This document shows, in pieces, positions 10,410-19,882 of a stretch of DNA of 64,000 bases (position 1 is the stretch's first letter; every line of letters starts with the position of its first letter). The notes below the pieces were generated by a model. It saw nothing but the letters and a program-made list of their open reading frames with translations, did not search any database and was not told where the DNA came from. The DNA comes from a virus (Duplodnaviria; Caudoviricetes), in IMG/VR virus record IMGVR_UViG_3300022217_000003, positions 96,001 to 160,000 of that record; one strand, written 5' to 3'. The translations under genes were made by a program, and so were the position numbers.

Positions 10410-11091
10410 TTTTTTTCTCCATAATAAGTTCCAATAAATCAAATTCTTCTTGCGTATCTACTTCTATAACAGGCGGAGTTTTAAATGCCCTAACCATATT
10501 CCCATAAGTTGTCTTGGTATTAAGTATGGAGCTAACTTTTATAATATCAGCGTAGCCATTGGGTTTGTAACAATCATCAAAGGCTTGCCTTGGTTGGTTG
10601 GATAACTCTATGTCTATATCCATATAAGGTTTTGCGAATATACCATTTTCTATTTTGTATAATTTTTCTGGAGGCTCTGGCATTTTGTGCATTGATCTCA
10701 AAGAATCAAATAGCATCGAATCCCCCATAAAACTCAACCATGCCCCATCTATAACTTTGGAATCCCGCAAGGGAGTAGTCGGCCTCAACAACACTATAAT
10801 ATCATCGTACATCATATTCATTGTATAAATAGCATGCAATAAATAATCTATGTCGCCCGATGTGTTACTTGAACAATGATCTGGCCTAATAATTCCGCCT
10901 GCGCCATACTTATTGGCAATCTTAATATATTCTTCACTATCAGTTGTAACCATAATACTGTCTATACTTTTTAATTGTTTTGCCGTTTCTATTGTATAGG
11001 CTATTAATGGCTTCCCATTTAATTCCTTGATGTTCTTATCTGGAACACCCTTCGAACCCGACCTGGCGGGTATTAAAACATATGTTTGCAT
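10396..11091 (-). CDS. neuA: Acylneuraminate cytidylyltransferase (NeuA-type CMP-nonulosonate synthetase)
   Basis: IPARSGSKGVPDKN, GKPLI, VTTD, LRPTTPLR, EVDT. Confidence 0.9.
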   Translation of the reverse strand: MQTYVLIPARSGSKGVPDKNIKELNGKPLIAYTIETAKQLKSIDSIMVTTDSEEYIKIANKYGAGGIIRPDHCSSNTSGDIDYLLHAIYTMNMMYDDIIVLLRPTTPLRDSKVIDGAWLSFMGDSMLFDSLRSMHKMPEPPEKLYKIENGIFAKPYMDIDIELSNQPRQAFDDCYKPNGYADIIKVSSILNTKTTYGNMVRAFKTPPVIEVDTQEEFDLLELIMEKKNESI

Positions 11092-11102
11092 TGTTTATCC
11101 TT

Positions 11103-12485
11103 CTACAGTTGTCTGAACCCTCTGAAAGAAGGGTCTCTTTCGTTATACAATCTTGCACATTGTTTAAGCATATTCTTCCTGTTCTTTTCATAATAATCAT
11201 TAATCAATTCTGTATTAGCCCGCTTGAGTGCTTCATAAAATTCGTCATCGGGTATATTTGTAAAATTTACCGCCAACAAATCAGAATTCAAATGTTTTAC
11301 TTCATAAAATTCTTTTACATCTTTTAATAAACCCTTTTCTATTGCATAATAATATAATGGGCTACCTGGATATGGAGTTACCGGCCTAATGGATCTCATT
11401 TCATAACCAGTATTATACTTCTTTAAAAATTCAACACCCTTCTTTAGTATTTCCTTCGTCTCGCCTATATTTCCAAAAATAACATTTAACCCAGGAGTTA
11501 TCCCCTCCTTTAAAGTATTTTCTATGCCTGGTATTATTTGCTCTACAGTAAGGTGCTTATTCATATTTTTTAATGCTTGATTATCTATGGATTCAATACC
11601 ATAATTTAAATATGAGCATCCCGCCTTTTTCATTACCTTTAATACTTCGGGGGTTGCAAAATTTAACCGCCCATTGCAATACCATCTTATATCAAGCTTC
11701 TCTTTAATGAAAGCTTCACATATTTCTATTGTTCTTTTTTTGGACGACATTATTAATTCATCTGCAAAATATATTGCACTAATATCATATTTCCATTTTA
11801 AATATTTTATTTCTTCTACTATGGATTCTGTAGATCTTGGCCTAAACCCCTTAGACAAGCGGAAGCAGAAATTACAAGTGAAGGGACATCCGCGCCCCGA
11901 TAACATAGCCATACTTCTATCTGTCTTTTTAAATCCCGCAGTATGCAATAAGGCATAATGATCGATTGGGAATAAGTCATATGCGGGATAGGATATATTA
12001 TCTATGTCCTTAATTAAATCTCTGGGCTTTGTTTGTATATATTCATCATTGTCATTTATGAATGCAATACCATCAACTTTTTCAGGCGAATCCAAATTTT
12101 CCAATAGGTCAACAATGGTTATTTCACCTTCACCCACAACTACATAATCTGCAGAAGTTAATCTTAAAAAATATTCTGGCTCTGGCGATGGACCGTGCCC
12201 ACCCATTATATAAATTGGTTTCTTTTTTGCTTTTTTAATTGCCTTGGATATCTTTATCATTTTTTGGTATTGATAATATCCGCCAATTATACCTAATCCT
12301 ATTACATCAAAATCATTTTTATCTATATATTCAGTAAGGTGTTCCTCTGGATAATGATATACGTCCTGGCTATAAATAGTGACATCATGCCCCTCGTCTC
12401 TCAGTGCCGATGCTATATACGCCATATTTGATGGAAACCAATTAATATGGCTTCCGTTATCATAAACTATCAATGCAATTTTCAT
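11103..12485 (-). CDS. Cobalamin-binding radical SAM protein
   Basis: N-terminal B12-binding domain (GGHGPS, VVGEGE), RGCPFTCNFC, YGIES, TPYPGSPLY. Confidence 0.92.
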   Translation of the reverse strand: MKIALIVYDNGSHINWFPSNMAYIASALRDEGHDVTIYSQDVYHYPEEHLTEYIDKNDFDVIGLGIIGGYYQYQKMIKISKAIKKAKKKPIYIMGGHGPSPEPEYFLRLTSADYVVVGEGEITIVDLLENLDSPEKVDGIAFINDNDEYIQTKPRDLIKDIDNISYPAYDLFPIDHYALLHTAGFKKTDRSMAMLSGRGCPFTCNFCFRLSKGFRPRSTESIVEEIKYLKWKYDISAIYFADELIMSSKKRTIEICEAFIKEKLDIRWYCNGRLNFATPEVLKVMKKAGCSYLNYGIESIDNQALKNMNKHLTVEQIIPGIENTLKEGITPGLNVIFGNIGETKEILKKGVEFLKKYNTGYEMRSIRPVTPYPGSPLYYYAIEKGLLKDVKEFYEVKHLNSDLLAVNFTNIPDDEFYEALKRANTELINDYYEKNRKNMLKQCARLYNERDPSFRGFRQL

Positions 12486-13936
12486 TTATGCTTTTTACCC
12501 GCCTTATCATAATTAGTTGGTCTTTTCCATCTACTATACACAAAATAGATAGGGTTCATAAAATCTTTGTATTTTAAATATTGAAATAAGGTCTGTGGGT
12601 GCTTTAGGAGATAAAAAATATAATTCCTGAAAACTCTTTTTATTGTCTTGGGCGCAAGATCCATTAATTCACCATCACTAAACTCAGTAAAATTAATCCT
12701 AAATCTATATGGACCTGTTCCATCCCCGATTGATTCAAGGTATTTTTCTTCATCTTTTATAGTCCCGTCTTCAAGACACCTGTTATATAAGCCGCTGCCT
12801 GGATATGGGGTTATGTACCTAAAGCTAAGTCCTGGGTATCCTACGTCTTTTAATAAATTAACTGTATCATCAACTGTTTCTTCGGTTTCTCCTGGATAGC
12901 CCAATATTAATCCCATATTTATTGGCATTCCTTTTCGCATTGTCATTTTTAAAACATCTTTTATTTGGGAGGGATTAGTTTTTTTATTCATATTCTTTAA
13001 TATCTTTGAACTTCCCGATTCCACCCCATAACTTATTAAAAGGCATCTATTTTTTATAGCAATATCTATCATTTCTTTTTTAATTGTATCTATTCTGGCA
13101 TTTCCATACCAACTAATTTTCAATGGCTCTATTTTTTTACAAAAATCGGAGATATAATCTTTGTTTATAAATAGTAATTCATCCTGGAATCCAAAAACAT
13201 TAATGCCATAATTATCTTTTAAATATTTCATTTCGCTAAAAACACTACCTATACTCCTTCGTCTAATCCTCTTAAACATCTTTGAACAAAAATCGCAATT
13301 AAAGGGACATCCCCTTCCAATTTCCATTGATGCCCGTCTGTATTGTTTCTCTTTTGGCAAAAATTTCTTCGGCAAATATATATCGTTCATAGACATCCTG
13401 GAATATTTTTCCATGTCAAATAGCTCATATGCAGGAAAGGGAATAGTATCTATGTCCTTTATTAATTCCCTGGGTGGATTTAATATAATAACGCCAGATC
13501 TTCCTTTGTAAGCTATGCCATTTACATTTCTGATGTCATCAATATTATTTACCAGATCTATAGCAGTTAATTCACCCTCTCCTATTACGCAAATATCTAT
13601 ATTCGTTCTTCTTAATACTATATCATAGTTATGGGAGGCCAGGTGTCCACCTAGAACAATTTTGCAGCCACCCGCCTTTTTCAAGAAACTGCTTAGTTTT
13701 TTTACCTGAGAATACTCGTAGCTTAACGCACTGATACCAATAATATCTGGATTAAAATTTCTTATTCTCCGGACAAGATTATTATAATTTACATCTTCCA
13801 ATGTAAGGTCTATTACATCAACATTATGGCCATCCTTTTTTAAAACGGATGCAATATACCCAATACCCAATGGAAATGTGACATAGGTATCTTGCTTATC
13901 CTGCGTGCTATTTGGCCTTATTAATAAAACTTTCAT
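12482..13936 (-). CDS. Cobalamin-binding radical SAM protein
   Basis: PLGIGYIASVL, GGHLAS, IGEGE, RGCPFNCDFC, GVESGS, TPYPGS; start trimmed to ATG 13936. Confidence 0.92.
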   Translation of the reverse strand: MKVLLIRPNSTQDKQDTYVTFPLGIGYIASVLKKDGHNVDVIDLTLEDVNYNNLVRRIRNFNPDIIGISALSYEYSQVKKLSSFLKKAGGCKIVLGGHLASHNYDIVLRRTNIDICVIGEGELTAIDLVNNIDDIRNVNGIAYKGRSGVIILNPPRELIKDIDTIPFPAYELFDMEKYSRMSMNDIYLPKKFLPKEKQYRRASMEIGRGCPFNCDFCSKMFKRIRRRSIGSVFSEMKYLKDNYGINVFGFQDELLFINKDYISDFCKKIEPLKISWYGNARIDTIKKEMIDIAIKNRCLLISYGVESGSSKILKNMNKKTNPSQIKDVLKMTMRKGMPINMGLILGYPGETEETVDDTVNLLKDVGYPGLSFRYITPYPGSGLYNRCLEDGTIKDEEKYLESIGDGTGPYRFRINFTEFSDGELMDLAPKTIKRVFRNYIFYLLKHPQTLFQYLKYKDFMNPIYFVYSRWKRPTNYDKAGKKHK

Positions 13937-13937
13937 T

Positions 13938-14672
13938 TTATATAGAGATATCTCCCTTTTCAAAAGTATCAAACCACGCATTTTTATTAGCGTTAATTAT
14001 TTTTACACCTATATTCTTTGCGGCATTGTTAATAATTTCTAAATTTGGAATAACATACTCCCTCCAAATATTATTATCAACATGGGGTACATTAATTGAG
14101 GAGGATTGAAGTTCGGCATATCCTTGACTATAATCTAGGTCTATACCTATAAAATAAACAGGGTTGCACCCCATTAAAACAGCAAAAAGGAGCATGTTTA
14201 AAGCAACCGTCCCTATCATTTTGGGTAGGGTGTGATGCTTGGTATATGCCACAAACTCCTCTGGTAAAGTAAGTCTTCCGGGAATAATATTATCACAGCA
14301 TGCACCCCTACAGGGTAAACATGGCATGCACTTATTATGCCTTTGATCGTAAGGTAAATAATCTGTGGTTAACGTTTTTTCTATATAATCTCTTGGGGTT
14401 AAATCAACTGAATCAGCATATAGATAAGGCACATTATGCGCATTAATAGTGGCATGGAAATTCTGAATCGTATATTCATTATTTGCTACGACCCAATAAT
14501 CGGGGGCGACGGATTGAAAAAATTCCCATTCATTGCAATCAAGTCTGATAATACCCCTGTCTTTATATTTCTGCATCTGCCCTTTGTGTTGATTATAACT
14601 TGGCCCATGCGCAATAACTAATGCAGGCGATCCCCTGTGTTTATTTACAATATTTTTAATTTCTAACTTCAT
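13938..14672 (-). CDS. DUF115/Maf-like protein (putative nonulosonic-acid transferase)
   Basis: ALVIAHGPS, PDYWV, GTVA, LMGCNPVYFIGIDL. Confidence 0.7.
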   Translation of the reverse strand: MKLEIKNIVNKHRGSPALVIAHGPSYNQHKGQMQKYKDRGIIRLDCNEWEFFQSVAPDYWVVANNEYTIQNFHATINAHNVPYLYADSVDLTPRDYIEKTLTTDYLPYDQRHNKCMPCLPCRGACCDNIIPGRLTLPEEFVAYTKHHTLPKMIGTVALNMLLFAVLMGCNPVYFIGIDLDYSQGYAELQSSSINVPHVDNNIWREYVIPNLEIINNAAKNIGVKIINANKNAWFDTFEKGDISI

Positions 14673-14962
14673 TTAAAAAACACCTTTTCTGATAGGGCTT
14701 TATCGTCTATAAATAAATCATAAATCGGCTTATCAAGACGTAACTGATGGAACATCACGCCCCATTTTTTTAATTGATTTAAGGTAATATCATACCAACA
14801 AACACTATTTAAAATTCCCCTACTTGTCCAATAAACAATAGTGTGCCCTTTGTCATACAAAGAATTCATTTTATTTATATTTTTCTTTATAGGCCTAGAA
14901 TTTTTATAATCCATATTATCAGTTGTACAGATAGTGCCGTCTATATCACAATAAATTATCAC
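14669..14962 (-). CDS. Small HAD-superfamily phosphatase (capsule-locus type)
   Basis: DIDGTIC, WTSRG, KP..DLFIDDKA. Confidence 0.85.
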   Translation of the reverse strand: MIIYCDIDGTICTTDNMDYKNSRPIKKNINKMNSLYDKGHTIVYWTSRGILNSVCWYDITLNQLKKWGVMFHQLRLDKPIYDLFIDDKALSEKVFFK

Positions 14963-15831
14963 ATTAAATCTCCCCTCAATTTTTTGATGGTTTCTTTTTC
15001 TTTTTTTAATATTTTCTTTTCCTTAGAACCCAGGGCTAAACTTATTTGCCCTATGTATTTTAATATATATTTTATACCATCAATCGTTAAAGAAGATGAA
15101 TGATCTGATCCTTTCCAATAAGGGTGTAGCGTAAAGTGTCTTTCAATAATAGTTGCCCCCAACATATACGCTGCTATATCTGCCGATACACCGGGGTAAT
15201 GCCCACTAAACCCAACTCCGTCAATTAAACCAAAATATTCTATTTTATATGTATTAATAACATTTAAGTTAAGGTCAGGAAAATCCGCCGGATAAAGACT
15301 GGTGCATTGCAATAAATATTTTTCACAATCTTCTAATATATGAAGTGCCGTATGAATATCATCACATGTAGACATCCCTGTTGAAATTATAGTGGGTAAT
15401 TTTTTTAATGCAACCTGCTTTAGCAATGGGATATCTATGATCCTCTGCGAGGGTATCTTTAATATTTTAGTCCCTATATCAACCAAGAAATCCAAACTAT
15501 TAACATCAGTGAAGCTTGATATAAAATCTAACCCGGTATCTTCAATATATTTTTTCAAAGTTATAAAATCATCTTTTGAAAATTCCAACGCCTTCCTGTG
15601 TTCATAATAAGTATCCCCAAATGAATTAGGATTAATATAAGGCATATTTTTTTGTTCTTCTGATAAACATATATCAATATCCCTTTTAACTAATTTTATC
15701 GCAGATATATTTGTTTGTTTCAATTCATCCACCATTTTTTTTGCTATATCTAAAGACCCCTGATGATTCTGACCGATTTCCGCAATGAAATATACATTTC
15801 TTTCTTCTGCCTTTTTTAATATTTCTGTCAT
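14959..15831 (-). CDS. neuB: N-acetylneuraminate synthase (NeuB) family protein, short form, second copy
   Basis: IAEIGQNHQG, LKIPS, ISTGM, QCTSLYP, GFSGH, IERHFTL, GSDHSSSL. Confidence 0.9.
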   Translation of the reverse strand: MTEILKKAEERNVYFIAEIGQNHQGSLDIAKKMVDELKQTNISAIKLVKRDIDICLSEEQKNMPYINPNSFGDTYYEHRKALEFSKDDFITLKKYIEDTGLDFISSFTDVNSLDFLVDIGTKILKIPSQRIIDIPLLKQVALKKLPTIISTGMSTCDDIHTALHILEDCEKYLLQCTSLYPADFPDLNLNVINTYKIEYFGLIDGVGFSGHYPGVSADIAAYMLGATIIERHFTLHPYWKGSDHSSSLTIDGIKYILKYIGQISLALGSKEKKILKKEKETIKKLRGDLM

Positions 15832-16367
15832 ATGAGTGATTTCAAATCCTTTTCATAATGTATTTCTACCCCATATGATTTAATCATGCCAATATAGGTA
15901 GAAAGCTCATGTTTGTTGTATATAACACTTTCTCTTATTGCCAATATACCATTTTCTATATTACCCCTGCCGCAAGATCTAACTTCCTTTAATTCTGTAT
16001 TTTTGATTAACATACTGACACATTTATCAATGTCAATAGCTTGGTGCCCAATGCTATTTGCCAATATGCTAACTACAATATCATATCTATTTTCTATACA
16101 TTTATAAATATGTTTTAAAATACTAAATAAGGGTTCATCGTTGTGTATTGCATTAACCCCTCTATGTATTATATTAACTTCCCTTTTACGGCAATACTCT
16201 TTAATTATATCAGAGTCAGTTGCCACATAAACATCGTCAATAACGTTTGATTTCAGCAATGGACACACCGCATGCCAAAACATAGGTACGCCATTAACTA
16301 TATAAATATTTTTGTTATTGAATCGTTTTGATTCCTTTTTAGCTATTACTATTCCAACAATTTTCAT
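15828..16367 (-). CDS. Cytidylyltransferase (NeuA/KdsB-like), short
   Basis: IAKKESKRFNNKN, VYVATDS; adjacent to neuB. Confidence 0.75.
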   Translation of the reverse strand: MKIVGIVIAKKESKRFNNKNIYIVNGVPMFWHAVCPLLKSNVIDDVYVATDSDIIKEYCRKREVNIIHRGVNAIHNDEPLFSILKHIYKCIENRYDIVVSILANSIGHQAIDIDKCVSMLIKNTELKEVRSCGRGNIENGILAIRESVIYNKHELSTYIGMIKSYGVEIHYEKDLKSLI

Positions 16368-16948
16368 AAAAATTTATACCCAAAATATTCTATATCCCTT
16401 TCATGCAATCTGGCCACTATGTCTTTTGTATTTTTATTATAATATTTTCTATAGTCTTCATGTATGCTTTTATTAAAATGGGGGATACTTCCCTTAATAT
16501 GTAATTTTTTGAATACATACTCCATATCCTTTTCCAGTGTTTCATATTTCCCAACAAAATCCACAAGCGTTATAGTCACATTGGGTTTAAAAATATACTC
16601 ACCTAAACCATTGTCCCATTCCCATGTAGGCAATGAAATCCAATCCAATTGATTGCCCACTTGATTTATATGCCCATTTCTTAAATATTCTTCAAAAGAC
16701 ATATCTATTTGTTTCCCATCTTTGCGCTGTATCTGATAATGATATTCTGAAACCATTCTATCCCAGGGGTTTCTTACAAATGCAAAAGTAAAGTAATTCT
16801 TTATTTTATTTTCGCCCACCTTATTAATATAATCAAAAATATTTCTGTGGGGATTACCCTCATCATTTTCGCCTAACGCCTTTGTAATGCTGCTTCCTGC
16901 GGTCTTTGTAATGTGAACAAAGATACATTTCGTTTTTTCATGTATCAT
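16364..16948 (-). CDS. Sulfotransferase family 2 protein
   Basis: 5'-PAPS motif FVHITKTAGSSI; 3'-PB motif FVRNPWDRMVS; DFVGKYETL, FGYKF. Confidence 0.9.
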   Translation of the reverse strand: MIHEKTKCIFVHITKTAGSSITKALGENDEGNPHRNIFDYINKVGENKIKNYFTFAFVRNPWDRMVSEYHYQIQRKDGKQIDMSFEEYLRNGHINQVGNQLDWISLPTWEWDNGLGEYIFKPNVTITLVDFVGKYETLEKDMEYVFKKLHIKGSIPHFNKSIHEDYRKYYNKNTKDIVARLHERDIEYFGYKFL

Positions 16949-17706
16949 AACATATTTTCCAATGGGATGAATTCAGCTCCGGCTTCTACTAAAATACTAT
17001 CCTGCTCTGTAGATATTATTTGTATATTATTTTGTTTTAATTTATCAAAGCAATTTGTAAAAGCATCAAGATTGTCATTATATCCCGATATCTTTGTTGA
17101 TTTAGTAACATTATAATCTTTATTCATTTTTTCTAATATTATTGGAGCTTCGCCCATGCCGTGATCATATTCTTCTTTGTCTTTATATTTATATTTGGAT
17201 AATATATATTTAATATTGTATGTAAGCTCTTGTTTATAATTTATATTAATATCATAAAAATGAGTTATTCCTCTTTGGCTAAACCCAATATAAACTATCT
17301 TGCTTGCGCCCATATAATAAGCTAGCCCTGTCGCAGTCATCCCGATATTCATACAACCAAATATTTTATTGCTGCCCTTAGATAGATCATTAATATCGTA
17401 ACTGCACAAGATAGGAATGATCATATCTTCGTCTCCATTATCCATTATCCATTCAGAATGCTCTTCCTGTGTTCCCTTAGAGAAAAATTTAATTGTTTCA
17501 GGGGAGCAGAAATTAATAGAATACAAGGTGTGGAATATATGAGCCCCTATCCAATAGGTAGGGTTATAAACCATATGAGAATAATTACAGGCTATTGTTA
17601 TTTTGTTAACCATTTGTTCATTTGACAATTCTAACATTTCGGGGCTATCCCCAGTTATAAAAATGGTTTTTCCAATATGTTTATTATTAAAGTCTTTCAA
17701 CGTCAT
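16945..17706 (-). CDS. DUF115/Maf-like protein, second copy
   Basis: FNNKHIGKTIFITGDSP, TIACN, LAYYMGASKIVYIGF, HFY. Confidence 0.65.
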   Translation of the reverse strand: MTLKDFNNKHIGKTIFITGDSPEMLELSNEQMVNKITIACNYSHMVYNPTYWIGAHIFHTLYSINFCSPETIKFFSKGTQEEHSEWIMDNGDEDMIIPILCSYDINDLSKGSNKIFGCMNIGMTATGLAYYMGASKIVYIGFSQRGITHFYDININYKQELTYNIKYILSKYKYKDKEEYDHGMGEAPIILEKMNKDYNVTKSTKISGYNDNLDAFTNCFDKLKQNNIQIISTEQDSILVEAGAEFIPLENML

Positions 17707-19160
17707 TTTCTACGTCTCCAATTTTCCCATACAAACGAATAGTCATAGGTCAAATAGTGAGTTTCAGATAATTTATTTCTTAATTTTATTCTTTCATTTA
17801 TAGCATCGGGATAACATTTATGGAACTGAACCTGAATATCATTTATAAAATCAATAAATCCATTGGCTATGATATTATTTAAAATATTAAATTCCGCACC
17901 TTCTACATTCAATTTTAACAAATCTATCTTTGTGATATCATTATTCTTAACAAACTCCATGAATTCTACTAATTTAATAACCTCTGTTGGCTCATCACCC
18001 CCATGAACACTGGAACTATCTTCTTTTAAATATAGGGGTGATGTCATGGTTTTGTCATATAAGCCAATGTTGTATGTTTTTATTTTCCCCTTATACTTAT
18101 TATTAAAAGAAAACTCATATATCCTTGTTTTGAAATCGTATACAGATATTAACCCCAAATCAATTAGTGGCTCTTCCAAATATCCCTTTATATCCATAGG
18201 ATCATTGCGTATGAATCGCTCCAAACCTAAAAAATAAAATTCTTGGGAAGGCTCAAAAGAAAATATATTACATTTATACCTATTATATATATCTTCTGTC
18301 CATTTCCCAATATAGCTTCCGACATCAAAAACCACACTGTCTTTATTTAGGTTATAATTCAATCTTAATGTTTCTTCCCCATTGTTCAATCCCCAAAATC
18401 TAGAATCAAGGTGTTCTTGTGTTATATCCAACTTCCTCCATCCATCTTCCAATTCCGAAATAACTCCCATTGTTGATAAATCCCCATTGACTGCCAAATC
18501 ACAAAAACGAACATCCTTATTGTTTAATGCTAATACTTTTTCGGCAGTAGGCAATAACAACAATGATTCATCTATTACATCTTCTTTGCTATTAAAATCT
18601 ATAACCCCTAGGCCCAAATCTTCCACATATTTTATTTTCTTGAAAAATCCAATCCTGGTATTAAAATCTTGGCTCGCAAAATCAAGGCTTTTATATTTTT
18701 CATCATACCCCCCCAAGTCCAAAAAATCACTTCTTCTAATTATACCTATCTTGTGATTATCTCTGGGTATAACCCTTCTCGATCTAGATACCTCCAGATC
18801 CTGTTCTACATATTTTGTCATTTTCTCAATATAATCTTCAGTGTAAATTGTATTTATATCAGAAACAAAAAAATATTCTGAGGTTACAAAATTTCTAACC
18901 CCGCGATTTATTAACTTAGAGATATTATTTTTTTTCTGCATAGGGAAATAATGATAAAAAATATCTTCTAATCCCACTATATCATCCCTGATATCTTTTT
19001 TAGACGTATTGGCAACTATAATATTTACTGGCTTTGTTGACTTCTTTATACTTTCAATTGATTTATATAAGCATGTGGTTGCTTCCTTAACATGGTCGTC
19101 TCCATAATCAAATACATATAAAAAATCTAGCACTATAATATTCCCCTTAATGTTCCCCAA
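17703..19160 (-). CDS. Fusion of a (degenerate) GT-A glycosyltransferase domain and an FkbM-family methyltransferase
   Basis: N-part paralogous to 19133-19882 (LDFLYVF, SKLINRGV, FFVSDI, GGYDE); C-part VFDVGSYIG, SFEP, IDLLKLNVEGAE, IQVQFH. Confidence 0.8.
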   Translation of the reverse strand: MGNIKGNIIVLDFLYVFDYGDDHVKEATTCLYKSIESIKKSTKPVNIIVANTSKKDIRDDIVGLEDIFYHYFPMQKKNNISKLINRGVRNFVTSEYFFVSDINTIYTEDYIEKMTKYVEQDLEVSRSRRVIPRDNHKIGIIRRSDFLDLGGYDEKYKSLDFASQDFNTRIGFFKKIKYVEDLGLGVIDFNSKEDVIDESLLLLPTAEKVLALNNKDVRFCDLAVNGDLSTMGVISELEDGWRKLDITQEHLDSRFWGLNNGEETLRLNYNLNKDSVVFDVGSYIGKWTEDIYNRYKCNIFSFEPSQEFYFLGLERFIRNDPMDIKGYLEEPLIDLGLISVYDFKTRIYEFSFNNKYKGKIKTYNIGLYDKTMTSPLYLKEDSSSVHGGDEPTEVIKLVEFMEFVKNNDITKIDLLKLNVEGAEFNILNNIIANGFIDFINDIQVQFHKCYPDAINERIKLRNKLSETHYLTYDYSFVWENWRRRK

Positions 19161-19882
19161 TGCTCATCATTATATTGCAAATCCTCTATTTTGGAATATG
19201 CTTTTAAATCAGCTTGAGTTTTGTGATAAATATCTGAATTTTTTTGTTCTTGTATTCTGTTAAAATGCTCATGCCAAAGGTGAGTGGTAACTATCGACCT
19301 ATCATATATTAATTTATTTACAAGACCTATGCGTTCGTTGTAATCTGCGTCTTCAGGACCATATCCCACAAATTCCTCATTATATCCCTGAACATCCATA
19401 AAAGATTTCAAAAAGAACAACCCATTCCCATGCGCAAACCCACCACCGTGCTTATCCAATTTCATTAATTCGTAAAAATTGGAAGAATAGCATTCCTGAT
19501 ATATATTATGATTATATGGGATCACTCTATATAATGAGCTATAGTCATAAACATATTTTTTCATCTGAACAACATAATCTTCCTGGTATACTATATCTAT
19601 ATCTGAAAAAATAAAATAAGGGGTTTTGACATAGTTCTTTACCGCAAAATTAATTAACTTTGACTTATTAAAATAACCAATAACGGGCTTGTGTATATAC
19701 TCCGATCCACTATTACTTGTAAGCCCATCATTTATTTTTGGTTTTATATCCTTGTCGGATGCATTAAATACAATAATACGCACCCCTTGATTTAAAATAC
19801 TTCCCATAGAACATCTTAATCTTTCTATTGCTTTATCTATATTTTCCTGAGTATATCTGAACACATATAAAAAATCTATCAT
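19133..19882 (-). CDS. GT-A glycosyltransferase (GT2/GT7C-like)
   Basis: FNKSKLIN, FSDID, GYNEEFVGYGPED, HLWH. Confidence 0.85.
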   Translation of the reverse strand: MIDFLYVFRYTQENIDKAIERLRCSMGSILNQGVRIIVFNASDKDIKPKINDGLTSNSGSEYIHKPVIGYFNKSKLINFAVKNYVKTPYFIFSDIDIVYQEDYVVQMKKYVYDYSSLYRVIPYNHNIYQECYSSNFYELMKLDKHGGGFAHGNGLFFLKSFMDVQGYNEEFVGYGPEDADYNERIGLVNKLIYDRSIVTTHLWHEHFNRIQEQKNSDIYHKTQADLKAYSKIEDLQYNDEHWGTLRGIL

